This document shows positions 53,796-63,945 of a DNA stretch of 64,000 bases, piece after piece. The stretch lies in NCBI GenBank assembly GCA_002070055.1, contig MWCM01000001.1, forward strand, positions 16,308-80,307, in the 5' to 3' direction. Position numbers and translations under genes: made by a program. The notes beneath the pieces were generated by a model that was not told the DNA's origin, searched no databases, and was given only the letters and a program-made list of their open reading frames with translations. The stretch comes from a bacterium ADurb.Bin212 (GTDB lineage Bacteria > Patescibacteriota > UBA1384 > XYA2-FULL-43-10). The first letter of the stretch is position 1; every line of letters starts with the position of its first letter.

Positions 53796-55136
53796 ATGTG
53801 GAGCCATCTAAAAGGTAAATCAATAATTGTACCGCAGATCAGCTCGGATGAGATTTCAAAACAGCTTGAGCCGGTTTTGCGTGAAATGGAAAAGGTAGGG
53901 ATTAGGCTGGATGTTCATGAATTCTCTAAGCTGGAGAAAAAGCTAACTGCTGATAGCTTAAATCTGAAAGCTCATGTCCTTGAACTTGCCGGAGAGGACT
54001 TCAATATTGATTCACCTTCACAAATGGCCGCAGTTTTATTTGATAAACTAAAACTTCCTACTGAAGGGTTAAAACGTACCAAAAGCGGGCCATCCACGGC
54101 GGCGAGTGAACTTAATAAAATCAAAGATAAGCATTCAATAATCGCGCCAATCCTTGAATACCGCGAGCTAGCAAAATTGCTATCAACATATCTAACTACC
54201 CTGCCTAAAATGGTGGATAAAAATTCACGACTTCACACTCACTATGCTCAGGATGTAGCTACTGGCCGTATTTCGTCCAATGACCCGAATCTGCAAAATA
54301 TTCCCATAAAAGGCCGATATGGAGAGGAGATCCGTAGATCTTTTGTGGCCTCGCCTGGCAATGTGCTAATCTCTGCCGATTATTCTCAAATAGAGCTACG
54401 TATTGTGGCTTGTTTGGCAGAGGACAAGGAGATGATTAAATCATTTAACTCTGGTCGTGATATCCACAGTGAAACTGCGGCTGACATATTCAAAAAAGAT
54501 TCTTCGCAGGTGACGAGTGACGAGCGTCGATTTGCCAAAACCATCAATTTTGGCGTTCTTTACGGTATGAGCCCATACGGCCTGTCACAAGCATTAAATA
54601 TCGGAGTTGATTCGGCTGCAGAATATATTAGACGATATAACGAGGTTTACTCTGGTATAAGCGCTTATTGCAAGAGAATGATTACTGAGGCGAAAGAAAA
54701 AGGCTATGTGGAGACTCTTTTTGGCTATCGCCGAGTTTTACCCAATATCAACTCCAACAATCGCTACTTAGCTGAGGCCGAAGAGCGCATGGCAATAAAT
54801 ACACCGGTGCAGGGGACTGCAGCGGAGATTTTAAAGCTCTCGATGCTGGATCTAGATCGAGAGTTCAATAACCAAGGTACAAGAAACAAGATACAAACAA
54901 ATTCAAAAATAAATATTCAAAATTCCAAAAAACTATCACCTAACATCTATAACCTAAAACCTGTAAAAGCTCAGCTTTTACTCACTGTCCACGATGAGCT
55001 GGTGGTGGAAGCGCCGGAGGCGGAGGCTGGGGAAGTAGCTAAGGTAGTCAAAGTAACAATGGAAAATGTTATCAAACTATGTGTGCCAATTGAGGTAGAG
55101 GTTGGAATTGGAAAAAACTGGGCTGAGTCAAAATAA
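53796..55136 (+). CDS. polA: DNA polymerase I, polymerase (family A) domain part; no 3'-5' exonuclease domain
   Basis: Family-A motifs RRSFVASPGNVLISADYSQIELRI (motif A), RRFAKTINFGVLYG (motif B) and LLLTVHDELVVE (motif C). Carries a roughly 30-aa in-frame repeat insert (54868-54960). Confidence 0.85.
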   Translation: MWSHLKGKSIIVPQISSDEISKQLEPVLREMEKVGIRLDVHEFSKLEKKLTADSLNLKAHVLELAGEDFNIDSPSQMAAVLFDKLKLPTEGLKRTKSGPSTAASELNKIKDKHSIIAPILEYRELAKLLSTYLTTLPKMVDKNSRLHTHYAQDVATGRISSNDPNLQNIPIKGRYGEEIRRSFVASPGNVLISADYSQIELRIVACLAEDKEMIKSFNSGRDIHSETAADIFKKDSSQVTSDERRFAKTINFGVLYGMSPYGLSQALNIGVDSAAEYIRRYNEVYSGISAYCKRMITEAKEKGYVETLFGYRRVLPNINSNNRYLAEAEERMAINTPVQGTAAEILKLSMLDLDREFNNQGTRNKIQTNSKINIQNSKKLSPNIYNLKPVKAQLLLTVHDELVVEAPEAEAGEVAKVVKVTMENVIKLCVPIEVEVGIGKNWAESK

Positions 55137-55159
55137 CAATTAATTACACTGCTTATAAA

Positions 55160-55192
55160 AAACGACAGCCGCCCGGGTGGGGGCGGCTTTGG
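55160..55192. terminator. bidirectional terminator hairpin (AGCCGCCC-GGGTGG-GGGCGGCT)
   Basis: 8-bp GC stem with an A-run before and a T-run after, between polA and the minus-strand island ORF. Confidence 0.55.
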
Positions 55193-55215
55193 AACTCTTT
55201 GCTCTTCTGGGCGGT

Positions 55216-55482
55216 TTACTTACTTTGACTCGTGATCGTAACACTCGCCGGGGATGTTGCTTCAAGCCTACCGACAAATGCTAGAACCTCCTCCCATGTC
55301 TTGGGCTTAGGTTCTGCTTCTTCAATGGCGGTACGGATTGCTTCAAGGCTATAACTTGCCCCTTCAGCCACATCGTCATTCGTGGCCTCTCTGATCTCGA
55401 CCACAATCCCCAACGCGCCCAATTCATCGACGGCTTGGATGGCCGCCGAATACCGACCCAAGGCAGAGGCTGGCTGTGTCAT
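55216..55482 (-). CDS. hypothetical acidic 88-aa protein (GC-rich island)
   Basis: AAGGGGGAC RBS; about 58 % GC; Ala/Glu-rich; no recognisable motif. Confidence 0.4.
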   Translation of the reverse strand: MTQPASALGRYSAAIQAVDELGALGIVVEIREATNDDVAEGASYSLEAIRTAIEEAEPKPKTWEEVLAFVGRLEATSPASVTITSQSK

Positions 55483-55537
55483 GTGTGTTTGTCCCCCTTG
55501 ATAAACATGATGGAATCAGGTTACCATAAATAGTGCC

Positions 55538-56545
55538 ATGATTCAATTTATTTACGGTGAAAATATGTATCTAATAAAAAAAGATCTTGCCAAAATAGAG
55601 CAGGAGTTCTTGAAGTCCGACCCAAGCGCCATAAATATGGAAAAGCTGGAGGGTGAAGATATAACCTTAGCCAAGTTTACTCAGGCTATTAGCGCCATGC
55701 CGTTTTTGGCAGAAAAGCGTCTGGTTGTCGTGAGAAATCTACAACTGGAGAACAAAGATGCCGAGACCAAACAAAAGATGGCCGAGCTTCTTCAAAGATT
55801 CTCCCTTAAATCCAGTAACGACAAAAAAATTACAAATCAAAAATCTGCCGTAAATGATTCAGTCGACATTGTCTTTATTGAGATGGGTGTGCCAGACAAG
55901 AGGAGCAAAATATTTAAGTTTCTTTTAAAGGAAGCAAAATGCACAGAACGTAAAAATCTCGAAGGCAAAGTTCTTACTAACTGGATTAAAGATGAGTTTG
56001 AGTCTAGGGGTGTGAATGTTTCTCAAACACAACTTCAGGCATTAGCTTATGAATGTTCTGGTGATATGTTAAAAACATTAAATGAAATTGAAAAACTATC
56101 CCTTTATGCCAAGTCGCAGGGACGAAAGACTATCGAGAAAGATGATATCTCTAAGCTGGTTAAAGTTGAATTTAGCCCAGATATCTTTAAATTTACCGAG
56201 GCAATAGCGAAAAAAGATTCCAAACAGGCGCTTAGATTATGGTTTGAGTTTGTGCAGAATAATGAAAGTGCTCACAGAATCTTATCCATGATAACTTATC
56301 AGTTTCGCACCATGATCATGATCAAGGAAGCTATAAACCAAGGTCTTTCGGCAAATCAAATTTCTAAAGAAACCAGGTTACATCCTTTTGTGGTGCAAAA
56401 AACCATGCCTTTGGTCCAAAAATATACTATAAAGAAACTCGTAAGTATGTATGATCAATTAAGGCGCACAGAAGCAGTCATTAAGGGTGGGGTTATGCCC
56501 TCTGAGCTAGCAACAGATATACTGATTACATCTCTGTCAAAATAA
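55538..56545 (+). CDS. holA: DNA polymerase III delta subunit
   Basis: MIQFIYGENMYL... has the N-terminal pattern and length (335 aa) typical of HolA. Confidence 0.6.
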   Translation: MIQFIYGENMYLIKKDLAKIEQEFLKSDPSAINMEKLEGEDITLAKFTQAISAMPFLAEKRLVVVRNLQLENKDAETKQKMAELLQRFSLKSSNDKKITNQKSAVNDSVDIVFIEMGVPDKRSKIFKFLLKEAKCTERKNLEGKVLTNWIKDEFESRGVNVSQTQLQALAYECSGDMLKTLNEIEKLSLYAKSQGRKTIEKDDISKLVKVEFSPDIFKFTEAIAKKDSKQALRLWFEFVQNNESAHRILSMITYQFRTMIMIKEAINQGLSANQISKETRLHPFVVQKTMPLVQKYTIKKLVSMYDQLRRTEAVIKGGVMPSELATDILITSLSK

Positions 56546-56638
56546 TATATTTAATGTGATAAAATATATTTAGCTATCGCTATAATGTGATTAGCCAACA
56601 ACTCTGTTCTTTTGGTATAATTTGATTATCGGAGGGTT

Positions 56639-58126
56639 GTGAACAGAAAAAAATATAAAAAGCCAGCTGTTGTCGGAGTATATCCCAGAAAGCTCTTATT
56701 CTTTTTGGTGGTTTTTAGTCTGTCTTTTGCTGCTTTTAGTTATTTTAATAACAATCGCATTGGTGCCGATCAAATTGGCCAAGACAATATCTATAATGGA
56801 GAAGATGTAAATGTTGAGGTGGAGGTAAAATCTGACGGAAGTATTTTTGTTGACAATAAACAGGGTAACTACAAAGTCAACTTTCTAAACGATGCCGACG
56901 AAATCAGAATAAAAATTCTTGATAATCCAAGCAATTATATAGATAATTTTGCTTTAAACCTTAAGCTCCCTTCACCTGTGGCCACTGAAACCAAACACAA
57001 TATTTTGGCCATACACGGTGTTACCAGATCATATTCTGAGGCGGTAGACTCATCAACCATAGCATACTATGCTTCAGATATTGCACCAACAGCAACAATC
57101 ACCATTGTTGCGGCAATGCCCAAAGGCACAATCAATCCAAGCCTTATAGAAAAGCTAACCAAATCTGTTTCCTCTTTGGAGTTCTCGTTTTGGGTCTATC
57201 TGGTATTAATTTTGCCGGCAATTGCCTTTATCGGTATGCTGGTTTTTATTAAATTTACCTATCGTATTAATAAAGTCGATAATCCAGAGAAGGCAATATC
57301 CTCTCCGCCCATGGCCATTCCTCCAGCCCTAGTTGGGGTTCTTTATCATCAACGTGTAACACCACGTGAAGTTGCCGCCACTTTAGTTGACCTGGCTCTT
57401 AGAAAAGATATTTATATATTAGATAGGGAGCGTGGCTTCGCCTTTGGTAAAGGTAAATTTGACCAGAGGCTATTGGGCTACGAAAAGTTGCTACTTTCAA
57501 AAATTTTTAAAAACAATATGTCGGCCTCGCAGGAGTATCTGCAACAGAAAATTCAGAACCAAGTGTACAGTAAAAAGGTCTCTATGGTCTCGGCAGGTAT
57601 TTACGCTATCGCTACCCGCTTGGGATATTTTAGACAGAATCCACGAAAAATACATGCTAAATATTGGCTATTCGGCACCGTTGCCATGCTCGTCGGTTTA
57701 GCAGGATTCGCAATGAGTTTTATTACTAAAACATTGCCGTCTTTTACAGCTTTCTTCTGGGTTGGCATGATGATATCGGCTTTGGTTATTATTATAATGT
57801 CTGCCTACATACCGATGCGCACGGAATTAGGCAACGAAGCGTTAAGCAACTGGTTGGCTTTTAGAAAGTTCCTCGCTGATCCTAGTCCTATTGAATATTC
57901 ACCAACCGTTTTTCAGTTGTTCGAAGCCTATTTGCCTTATGCTATAGTTCTTGACTGCGAGGCGGCTTGGTCTAGGCGTTTTATGGATCATACCTTTACG
58001 ATTCCAGACTGGTTTATAACCGATAAAAACGGTTTGGGTATTGAGGATTTTTGTTTGGCCTTATTCCCAATTGTTTCTTATGTTGGCAGAAGTTTGGCAG
58101 CCATGAGAGAGCCGGGGTTTGAGTAG
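56639..58126 (+). CDS. hypothetical membrane protein (N-terminal anchor, extracytoplasmic domain, C-terminal multi-TM; DUF2207-like topology)
   Basis: Topology inferred from hydrophobic segments only. Confidence 0.4.
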   Translation: MNRKKYKKPAVVGVYPRKLLFFLVVFSLSFAAFSYFNNNRIGADQIGQDNIYNGEDVNVEVEVKSDGSIFVDNKQGNYKVNFLNDADEIRIKILDNPSNYIDNFALNLKLPSPVATETKHNILAIHGVTRSYSEAVDSSTIAYYASDIAPTATITIVAAMPKGTINPSLIEKLTKSVSSLEFSFWVYLVLILPAIAFIGMLVFIKFTYRINKVDNPEKAISSPPMAIPPALVGVLYHQRVTPREVAATLVDLALRKDIYILDRERGFAFGKGKFDQRLLGYEKLLLSKIFKNNMSASQEYLQQKIQNQVYSKKVSMVSAGIYAIATRLGYFRQNPRKIHAKYWLFGTVAMLVGLAGFAMSFITKTLPSFTAFFWVGMMISALVIIIMSAYIPMRTELGNEALSNWLAFRKFLADPSPIEYSPTVFQLFEAYLPYAIVLDCEAAWSRRFMDHTFTIPDWFITDKNGLGIEDFCLALFPIVSYVGRSLAAMREPGFE

Positions 58127-58162
58127 TTAATCCAATAAGATTGCTACCCATTATTCAATTAA

Positions 58163-58735
58163 ATGAATCAACTAATAGAAAAAATTATATATGGTGGGGG
58201 GCTTGTTTTCGATTTAAGCAAATGGATAATTTTTGTGTTAATCTGTTTGGTTCTGGTCAATAGTTTTTGGTACTCGATATTTATTGTAGACGGTCTATCA
58301 ATGGAGCCTAGTCTACATGATGGTGAAGTAGTTATGATGGATAAATCTTTTGTTAGGCAGAACAAGAAACCACAGCGTGGGGACGCGGTTGTGGTAAAAT
58401 ATCCGGGAGATCCAGACCAAAAAAGGTATGTTAAAAGGGTAATCGGCTTGCCTGGAGAGACGGTGGCGATTAAAAACAATAAAGTTTCAGTTAATAAAAA
58501 AGTAATTCGTGAAAGTTATATCCCGCTTAACGCCGGCACTTTTCCTGATGGTGTGTGGCTTTTAGATGATGAAGAGTATTTTTTGATGGGTGACAATAGG
58601 GAGAATTCAAATGATTCTAGATACTTTGGGCCTGTGGCACAGAGATTTTTTATCGGTCGTGCCACCAATGTAATTTTGCCCAGTTTGCGATCTTTGAATA
58701 TCCCGCAATATGATCTGAATTTAGCTTCAAAATAA
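58163..58735 (+). CDS. lepB: signal peptidase I
   Basis: Box B DGLSMEPSL (catalytic Ser), box D/E GDNRENSNDSRYFGPV, and an N-terminal TM. Confidence 0.85.
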   Translation: MNQLIEKIIYGGGLVFDLSKWIIFVLICLVLVNSFWYSIFIVDGLSMEPSLHDGEVVMMDKSFVRQNKKPQRGDAVVVKYPGDPDQKRYVKRVIGLPGETVAIKNNKVSVNKKVIRESYIPLNAGTFPDGVWLLDDEEYFLMGDNRENSNDSRYFGPVAQRFFIGRATNVILPSLRSLNIPQYDLNLASK

Positions 58736-58777
58736 AAAAATGCCCGAGTTACGCAACGAGGGCATTTTTTCTATTTC

Positions 58778-59071
58778 TTATTTAGCTTTTTTGGCTGGTT
58801 CTTTGGCATCAGTTTTTTTGATGCTTTTTACCAGACGAGATTTTAACCTAGATGCCTTATTCTTGTGAATTACATGTTTTTTAGCTGCGGTGTCTAGTTC
58901 GGAATAGGCCTTGTCCACTAACTCTGATATCTCTTTGTCTTTCTTTCCTTCTCTTATGGCGATTCTGGCGCCCTTAAGGGCACTTTTAACCTTAGATCTG
59001 GTTAAATCATTCTCTATTTTTCTTCTTTTCTCAACTTTGAGAGCTTTTTTAGCTGATTTTGTTAAAGGCAT
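58778..59071 (-). CDS. rpsT: 30S ribosomal protein S20
   Basis: MPLTKSAKKALKVEKRRKIENDLTRSKVKSALK is a typical S20 N-terminus; 97 aa, basic. Confidence 0.8.
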   Translation of the reverse strand: MPLTKSAKKALKVEKRRKIENDLTRSKVKSALKGARIAIREGKKDKEISELVDKAYSELDTAAKKHVIHKNKASRLKSRLVKSIKKTDAKEPAKKAK

Positions 59072-59318
59072 AATTTGTTACACTTAAATTTAAAATTTAA
59101 AATTTAAAATTTAAAAAGCTATTAAATCAAAAATTCTAAATTATAAAAGCCAACTGTAACAGGAATAAAATAGCACATATATTGACAGGCGTCAACAAAG
59201 TGGCTATATTGAAGGGCCTTGACAATAGGTGGTAGGCGTTAGGAATTAGCTTCTTAGGATCAGTTTTGAAATTATTTTGCTAAAAAGCTAACAAGCTAAT
59301 ACCTAAAAGCTGACATAT

Positions 59319-60491
59319 ATGGAACTTTCACCAAAACAACAAGTTGTAGAGAGGGTTCGCGAAGCGGAAAAGATTCTCATTACCACTCATAAAAATCCTG
59401 ATGGTGATGCGATTGGTGCTACTCTGGCTCTTTTGCTATTCCTCAAAAAGATGGGCAAAAAAGTCACGGCTGTTACCGAGGACATGGCTCCGGATGTGTT
59501 TAACTATTTACCTTCTTTTAACGAGGTAAGCCAGAATTTCGCAGGTGCCAGAGATTTTGTGATCTCAGTTGATATTTCTAAAGTAAAAGCTGACAAAATA
59601 ATGTATAAAGTGTTGGACGACAAGCTCAACATAATTATTACACCCAAAAATGGCCAATTTAAGGACTCGATGGTCTCTTATCCGGCCGGTAGTTTTAATT
59701 ACGACCTGATTATTGTGCTGGATTCGCCGGATTTGGAACGGATGGGTGTTATATATGACAAAAATCCCGATGTCTTTTTTGAGACGCCTGTTATTAATAT
59801 TGATCATCATGCCGGCAACGATCATTTCGGCCAAGTGAATTTAGTTGATTTAACTGCTACTTCTACCTCCGAGATTTTAGTTTCAATTTTGGAGGCTCTG
59901 TCACCGGAGAAATCTCCGTTTAACGAGGACATTGCAACCTGTCTGCTCACCGGCATTATCACCGATACTGGTTCTTTCCAAAATGCCAACACTACACCAA
60001 AATCTTTGACTGTTTCAGCGCAAATGGTGGCGGCAGGTGCCAGAAGAGATGAGATTATTAAAAGAGTTTATAAAACCAGATCTCTTTCCACTCTTCGCCT
60101 ATGGGGTAGGGCACTGGTTAATATACACGATGAAAAAGCGGATGGTTTTGTTTGGAGCTCGTTGTCAAAAAACGATTTTGTTCAAGTTAGCGCCAATGAA
60201 AATGAATCTGGTGGGGTAATAGACGAGCTATTAAAAACTGTTTCCGGAGCAGAATTTGTACTACTTTTGTCGGAAAAAGCAGGCGGCGTTTCCGGATCTC
60301 TGCGGGCGGTTGAGAAGGGGATGGATGTATCTAAAATTGCCAAAATTTTTGGCGGAGGCGGACACGCCATGGCGGCAGGTTTTGAGATCAACAATACTAC
60401 GCTCGAGGAATCAAGCCCAATGATTATCCAGCGTATTAAAGAGAATAGACAATTGCCAAACGGACAGTTTATAGTAGAAGAAGGGGAATAG
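59319..60491 (+). CDS. DHH-family phosphoesterase (NrnA-like oligoribonuclease/pAp phosphatase)
   Basis: HKNPDGDAIGATLAL (DHH motif I), NIDHHAGND (motif III), and a DHHA1-like C-terminus with GGGGHAMAAG. Confidence 0.75.
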   Translation: MELSPKQQVVERVREAEKILITTHKNPDGDAIGATLALLLFLKKMGKKVTAVTEDMAPDVFNYLPSFNEVSQNFAGARDFVISVDISKVKADKIMYKVLDDKLNIIITPKNGQFKDSMVSYPAGSFNYDLIIVLDSPDLERMGVIYDKNPDVFFETPVINIDHHAGNDHFGQVNLVDLTATSTSEILVSILEALSPEKSPFNEDIATCLLTGIITDTGSFQNANTTPKSLTVSAQMVAAGARRDEIIKRVYKTRSLSTLRLWGRALVNIHDEKADGFVWSSLSKNDFVQVSANENESGGVIDELLKTVSGAEFVLLLSEKAGGVSGSLRAVEKGMDVSKIAKIFGGGGHAMAAGFEINNTTLEESSPMIIQRIKENRQLPNGQFIVEEGE

Positions 60492-60643
60492 TCACAGAAA
60501 TGGTTCACTGAATACTACAGAAAATGTTTTCAATATCTGTGTAAATCTGTGAACAAAATCTGTGGCAGTGCTCACATAACATATCTCTTGTTTCGTGGGT
60601 TGTACCATCGCACCATACACCAACGAATGCAGGAGGTAGCCAT

Positions 60644-60889
60644 ATGCCTTTGCCGAAAGTCGAAAATGGCCAGAAAGTTAGCCTTGAGGTCTTTGGTTGG
60701 GGGGATAACCGCAAGGTGACGGCCAAGGTCGAGTCGTTCGATGACGACCACATCTATATCAAGGACATCATGTCCAACCCCGCGCCGCCTTCTGATCGGG
60801 CGGTTGTCACCTACAGCTCAAGCCACGCGAGCTGTGTGATGTGCTGGAATAAGCAGGGGGTGGCAAACCAACTCTGCGAGTTCAAGTAA
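60644..60889 (+). CDS. hypothetical 81-aa protein (GC-rich island)
   Basis: GCAGGAGG RBS; about 57 % GC; Cys pair CVMC near the C-terminus; no recognisable family. Confidence 0.4.
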   Translation: MPLPKVENGQKVSLEVFGWGDNRKVTAKVESFDDDHIYIKDIMSNPAPPSDRAVVTYSSSHASCVMCWNKQGVANQLCEFK

Positions 60890-61155
60890 GGTGCAACATC
60901 CCACGGCACTGTGGTCCGCCCATCTTAGGGCGGCCCTTGCCATATGAGCAAAAAAGAGGTAATATACAGAGGCAACAAGAAGCCACGTTTTTGGTTCTTG
61001 TGTTGTCAATTTTATAGTTAATTTTAAATAGGGAGAGACCAGCGCAAGGAAATTGTGGAGAGCACCACCACAGATCTTTTTCACCGATCGACACAGATCC
61101 GTGGAAATCTGTAAAAGTGAACACATTTTTTCTTTGCCTGCTGGCCACAGTTATT

Positions 61156-61440
61156 ATGACAAAAGAAGAGAAAAGCACAAAAAAGCAGGCTAAAACTGAC
61201 CTGATAGAAAAGTACAAGTCGCACAAAGAGGACACCGGCTCAACAGAGGTGCAAATTGCTGTGATGACCAAAAAGATCTCTGATCTAACCAAGCATTTGA
61301 AAGAGCACAAAAAAGACTTTGATTCCCGCAGAGGTCTTTTAATGATGGTTGGCAAAAGAAGAAGATTGTTAAACTACCTAAAAAAGACAGACGAAGCCAA
61401 GTATGCTCAGCTTATTGCTGACCTTGGTTTGAGAAAATAA
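61156..61440 (+). CDS. rpsO: 30S ribosomal protein S15
   Basis: [50 protein letters not shown] is canonical S15. Start moved to ATG 61156. Confidence 0.85.
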   Translation: MTKEEKSTKKQAKTDLIEKYKSHKEDTGSTEVQIAVMTKKISDLTKHLKEHKKDFDSRRGLLMMVGKRRRLLNYLKKTDEAKYAQLIADLGLRK

Positions 61441-61461
61441 AATTTTTTCAAAAAAATTACA

Positions 61462-61592
61462 ATAAACAAGAAACAAGATACAAACAAATTCCAAATGTCA
61501 ATTTTCAAGAGTTCAAAAGTAGTGTTATTTGTAATCTGATTGTTGAGTATTGAATATTGTTTGATTATTGTTTCTTGTGTCTTGTTTATTTA
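61462..61592. mobile_element. MITE-like palindromic repeat element (about 130 bp) with imperfect terminal inverted repeats
   Basis: Left arm aataaacaagaaacaagatacaaacaa (61462-61488) versus the reverse complement of the right arm aataaacaagacacaagaaacaa (61570-61592). Partial copies sit inside coding regions at 21224-21262 and 54868-54905. Confidence 0.55.
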
Positions 61593-61782
61593 TTTAAAAT
61601 TGACAGTTTGCAAGTGAGGCCAGGCAAGAAAACGTAATTTTGAGAACACCACCACAGAACCTGCTCGCAGATTAAAACTGATCTGTGAAAATCAGTGAAG
61701 AAAATCTGTGGAAGTGCGCTCACTATTATTACTTCTTGCTTTGCCTTAGAACTCTAAATGCAAATTTGTCAGAAAGGAAAGC

Positions 61783-63945
61783 ATGGCTGTACTTAAAGAG
61801 TACAAAACAACCACTTATGAAGTGGATTATTGTGGTAAAAAATTAACCCTTGAGACGGGTCGTTTGGCTGGTCAGGCGCAAGGTTCTATTACAGCTCGTT
61901 TGGGAGATACTGTTGTTTTAGCAACTGCTGTGGTCTCTGATGAACCAAGAGAGGGTATGGATTATTTCCCACTACTTGTTGACTTCGAGGAGCGTTTTTA
62001 TGCTGCAGGAAAGATATCGGGATCCAGATTTATTAAAAGAGAGGGAAGGCCAAGCGATGAGGCTATTTTGGCTGCCCGAAAGATCGATCGCCCCATTAGG
62101 CCACTTTTTCCTAAGAATTTTCGTAACGACGTTCAGGTTGTAGTAACGGTTTTGTCTTACGATGGCGAGAATGATCCGGATCCAATTGCCATAATTGCCG
62201 CATCTAGTGCGCTAATGCAAACCCATGCCCCATACAAAGGGCCGATTTCTGCTGTAAATATCTCTCTTGTTGACGGTGTAATTAAACTTAACCCTACAAT
62301 GGACGAACTGGAAGCCAGTGACTTACATGTTTGTCTGGCCGCTACAAAAGATCGGGTCATGATGCTGGAAGTCGAGGCCAACGAGGTTAAAGAAGAGGTA
62401 GTAATTGAGGGCATAGAGAAGGCGTTAATAGAGCTTAAGCCAATTATCGAGATTCAACATAAGATCGCCGAAGATCATCGTAAACAGGAAGTAGAAGAGG
62501 GGGAGAAGCCGGTTGATCCAAGTATTGCGGTAAAAGCAGAGGTTCACAACTATGTGGCCGATAAATTAAGAACCGCCTTAGCTGAACTGGACAAAGAGGA
62601 GAGAGATAAGCAGATTAAAATCTTTGAAAAGGAGATCTTAGATCGTTTTGAGGGCACCTATAAGCAGGTTGATTTAAAATCGGCATTTGCTAAGCTGGTA
62701 TTCGAAGAAGTTCGCGCCCAGATTCTCGAAAATGGCATACGCCCCGATGGTCGTGGTATCGAGGAAATTAGGCCTTTGCATGTCGAAACAAGCGTTTTGC
62801 CTAGGACTCATGGTAGTGCATTATTTGCCAGAGGCGAGTCCCAATCGTTAAGTGTTGTAACTCTGGCCAGCCCTGGCATGGAACAGCTCATTGATACAAT
62901 GGGAGAGGAGACCACCAAACGCTTTATGCATCATTACAATTTTCCTCCTTTTTCGACGGGCGAGGTATCGCCGATGCGAGGCACCTCCAGGCGTGAGATT
63001 GGTCATGGCTACTTGGCAGAAAAAGCGCTTAAACCCATGATCCCGGAAAACGGCGGTTTTCCATATACTATTCGTATTGTCTCAGAGATTCTTTCCTCAA
63101 ACGGCTCAACTTCTATGGCGGCAACCTGTGGTTCAACTTTGGCATTAATGGATGCCGGTGTGCCAATTAAAAAGCCTGTTTCCGGTATCGCTATGGGTTT
63201 GGTCGCAAACGCTGATGCAAGTGAATATAAGATATTAAGCGATCTACAAGGCTTGGAAGACTTTGCTGGTGACATGGATTTTAAAGTTGCCGGGACCAAA
63301 GATGGTATAACTGCTGTCCAAATGGATACCAAGATCGAAGGTTTGACAATGGAAATAGTTAAAGAAACTTTCCGAAGAGCTCTAAGCGGCCGCTTAGAGA
63401 TTATGGACGCCATGCTCTCAGTTATTCCTGAGCCCAGAGCCGAGCTATCAAAATATGCTCCTCGCATTGAGGCAGTTCAGATTAATCCGGAGAAGATTGG
63501 CGAAATTATCGGGCCCGGAGGAAAAAATATTCGCAAGATCATCGAAGAGTGCGGCGGTAAGGATGTTTTGGCAATTGACATAGAGGAAGATGGCACAGTT
63601 ATGATATCGGCTATGGATCCGGTAGCCGGAGAAAAAGCAATTGCCATGGTAAAAAGCATGACTCGCGAAATTAAACCGGGTGAGATTATCACAGGCGAAA
63701 TAATTGAGATTAAACGCGACAGAATGAGTGGTAAAGAAATAGGTGCTATTATGGCTATCACTCCGAAATTAGATGGCATGATTCATGTTTCACAAATCGC
63801 CAACCGTCACGTAGAAAAAGTTTCCGATGTGCTCAAAGTCGGACAAACCGTGACTGCAAAAGTTATTGAAGTTGACCCGATGAAGGGTAGAATTTCCCTT
63901 TCAATGAAGGCTGCTGCCGAATCAAGTAATCCGGATAAAGCTTAA
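61783..63945 (+). CDS. pnp: polynucleotide phosphorylase
   Basis: 720 aa with two RNase PH domains (FPLLVDFEERFYAAGKI; ETGEVSPMRGTSRREIGHG), a KH domain (IGEIIGPGGKNIRKI) and a C-terminal S1 domain. Confidence 0.9.
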   Translation: MAVLKEYKTTTYEVDYCGKKLTLETGRLAGQAQGSITARLGDTVVLATAVVSDEPREGMDYFPLLVDFEERFYAAGKISGSRFIKREGRPSDEAILAARKIDRPIRPLFPKNFRNDVQVVVTVLSYDGENDPDPIAIIAASSALMQTHAPYKGPISAVNISLVDGVIKLNPTMDELEASDLHVCLAATKDRVMMLEVEANEVKEEVVIEGIEKALIELKPIIEIQHKIAEDHRKQEVEEGEKPVDPSIAVKAEVHNYVADKLRTALAELDKEERDKQIKIFEKEILDRFEGTYKQVDLKSAFAKLVFEEVRAQILENGIRPDGRGIEEIRPLHVETSVLPRTHGSALFARGESQSLSVVTLASPGMEQLIDTMGEETTKRFMHHYNFPPFSTGEVSPMRGTSRREIGHGYLAEKALKPMIPENGGFPYTIRIVSEILSSNGSTSMAATCGSTLALMDAGVPIKKPVSGIAMGLVANADASEYKILSDLQGLEDFAGDMDFKVAGTKDGITAVQMDTKIEGLTMEIVKETFRRALSGRLEIMDAMLSVIPEPRAELSKYAPRIEAVQINPEKIGEIIGPGGKNIRKIIEECGGKDVLAIDIEEDGTVMISAMDPVAGEKAIAMVKSMTREIKPGEIITGEIIEIKRDRMSGKEIGAIMAITPKLDGMIHVSQIANRHVEKVSDVLKVGQTVTAKVIEVDPMKGRISLSMKAAAESSNPDKA

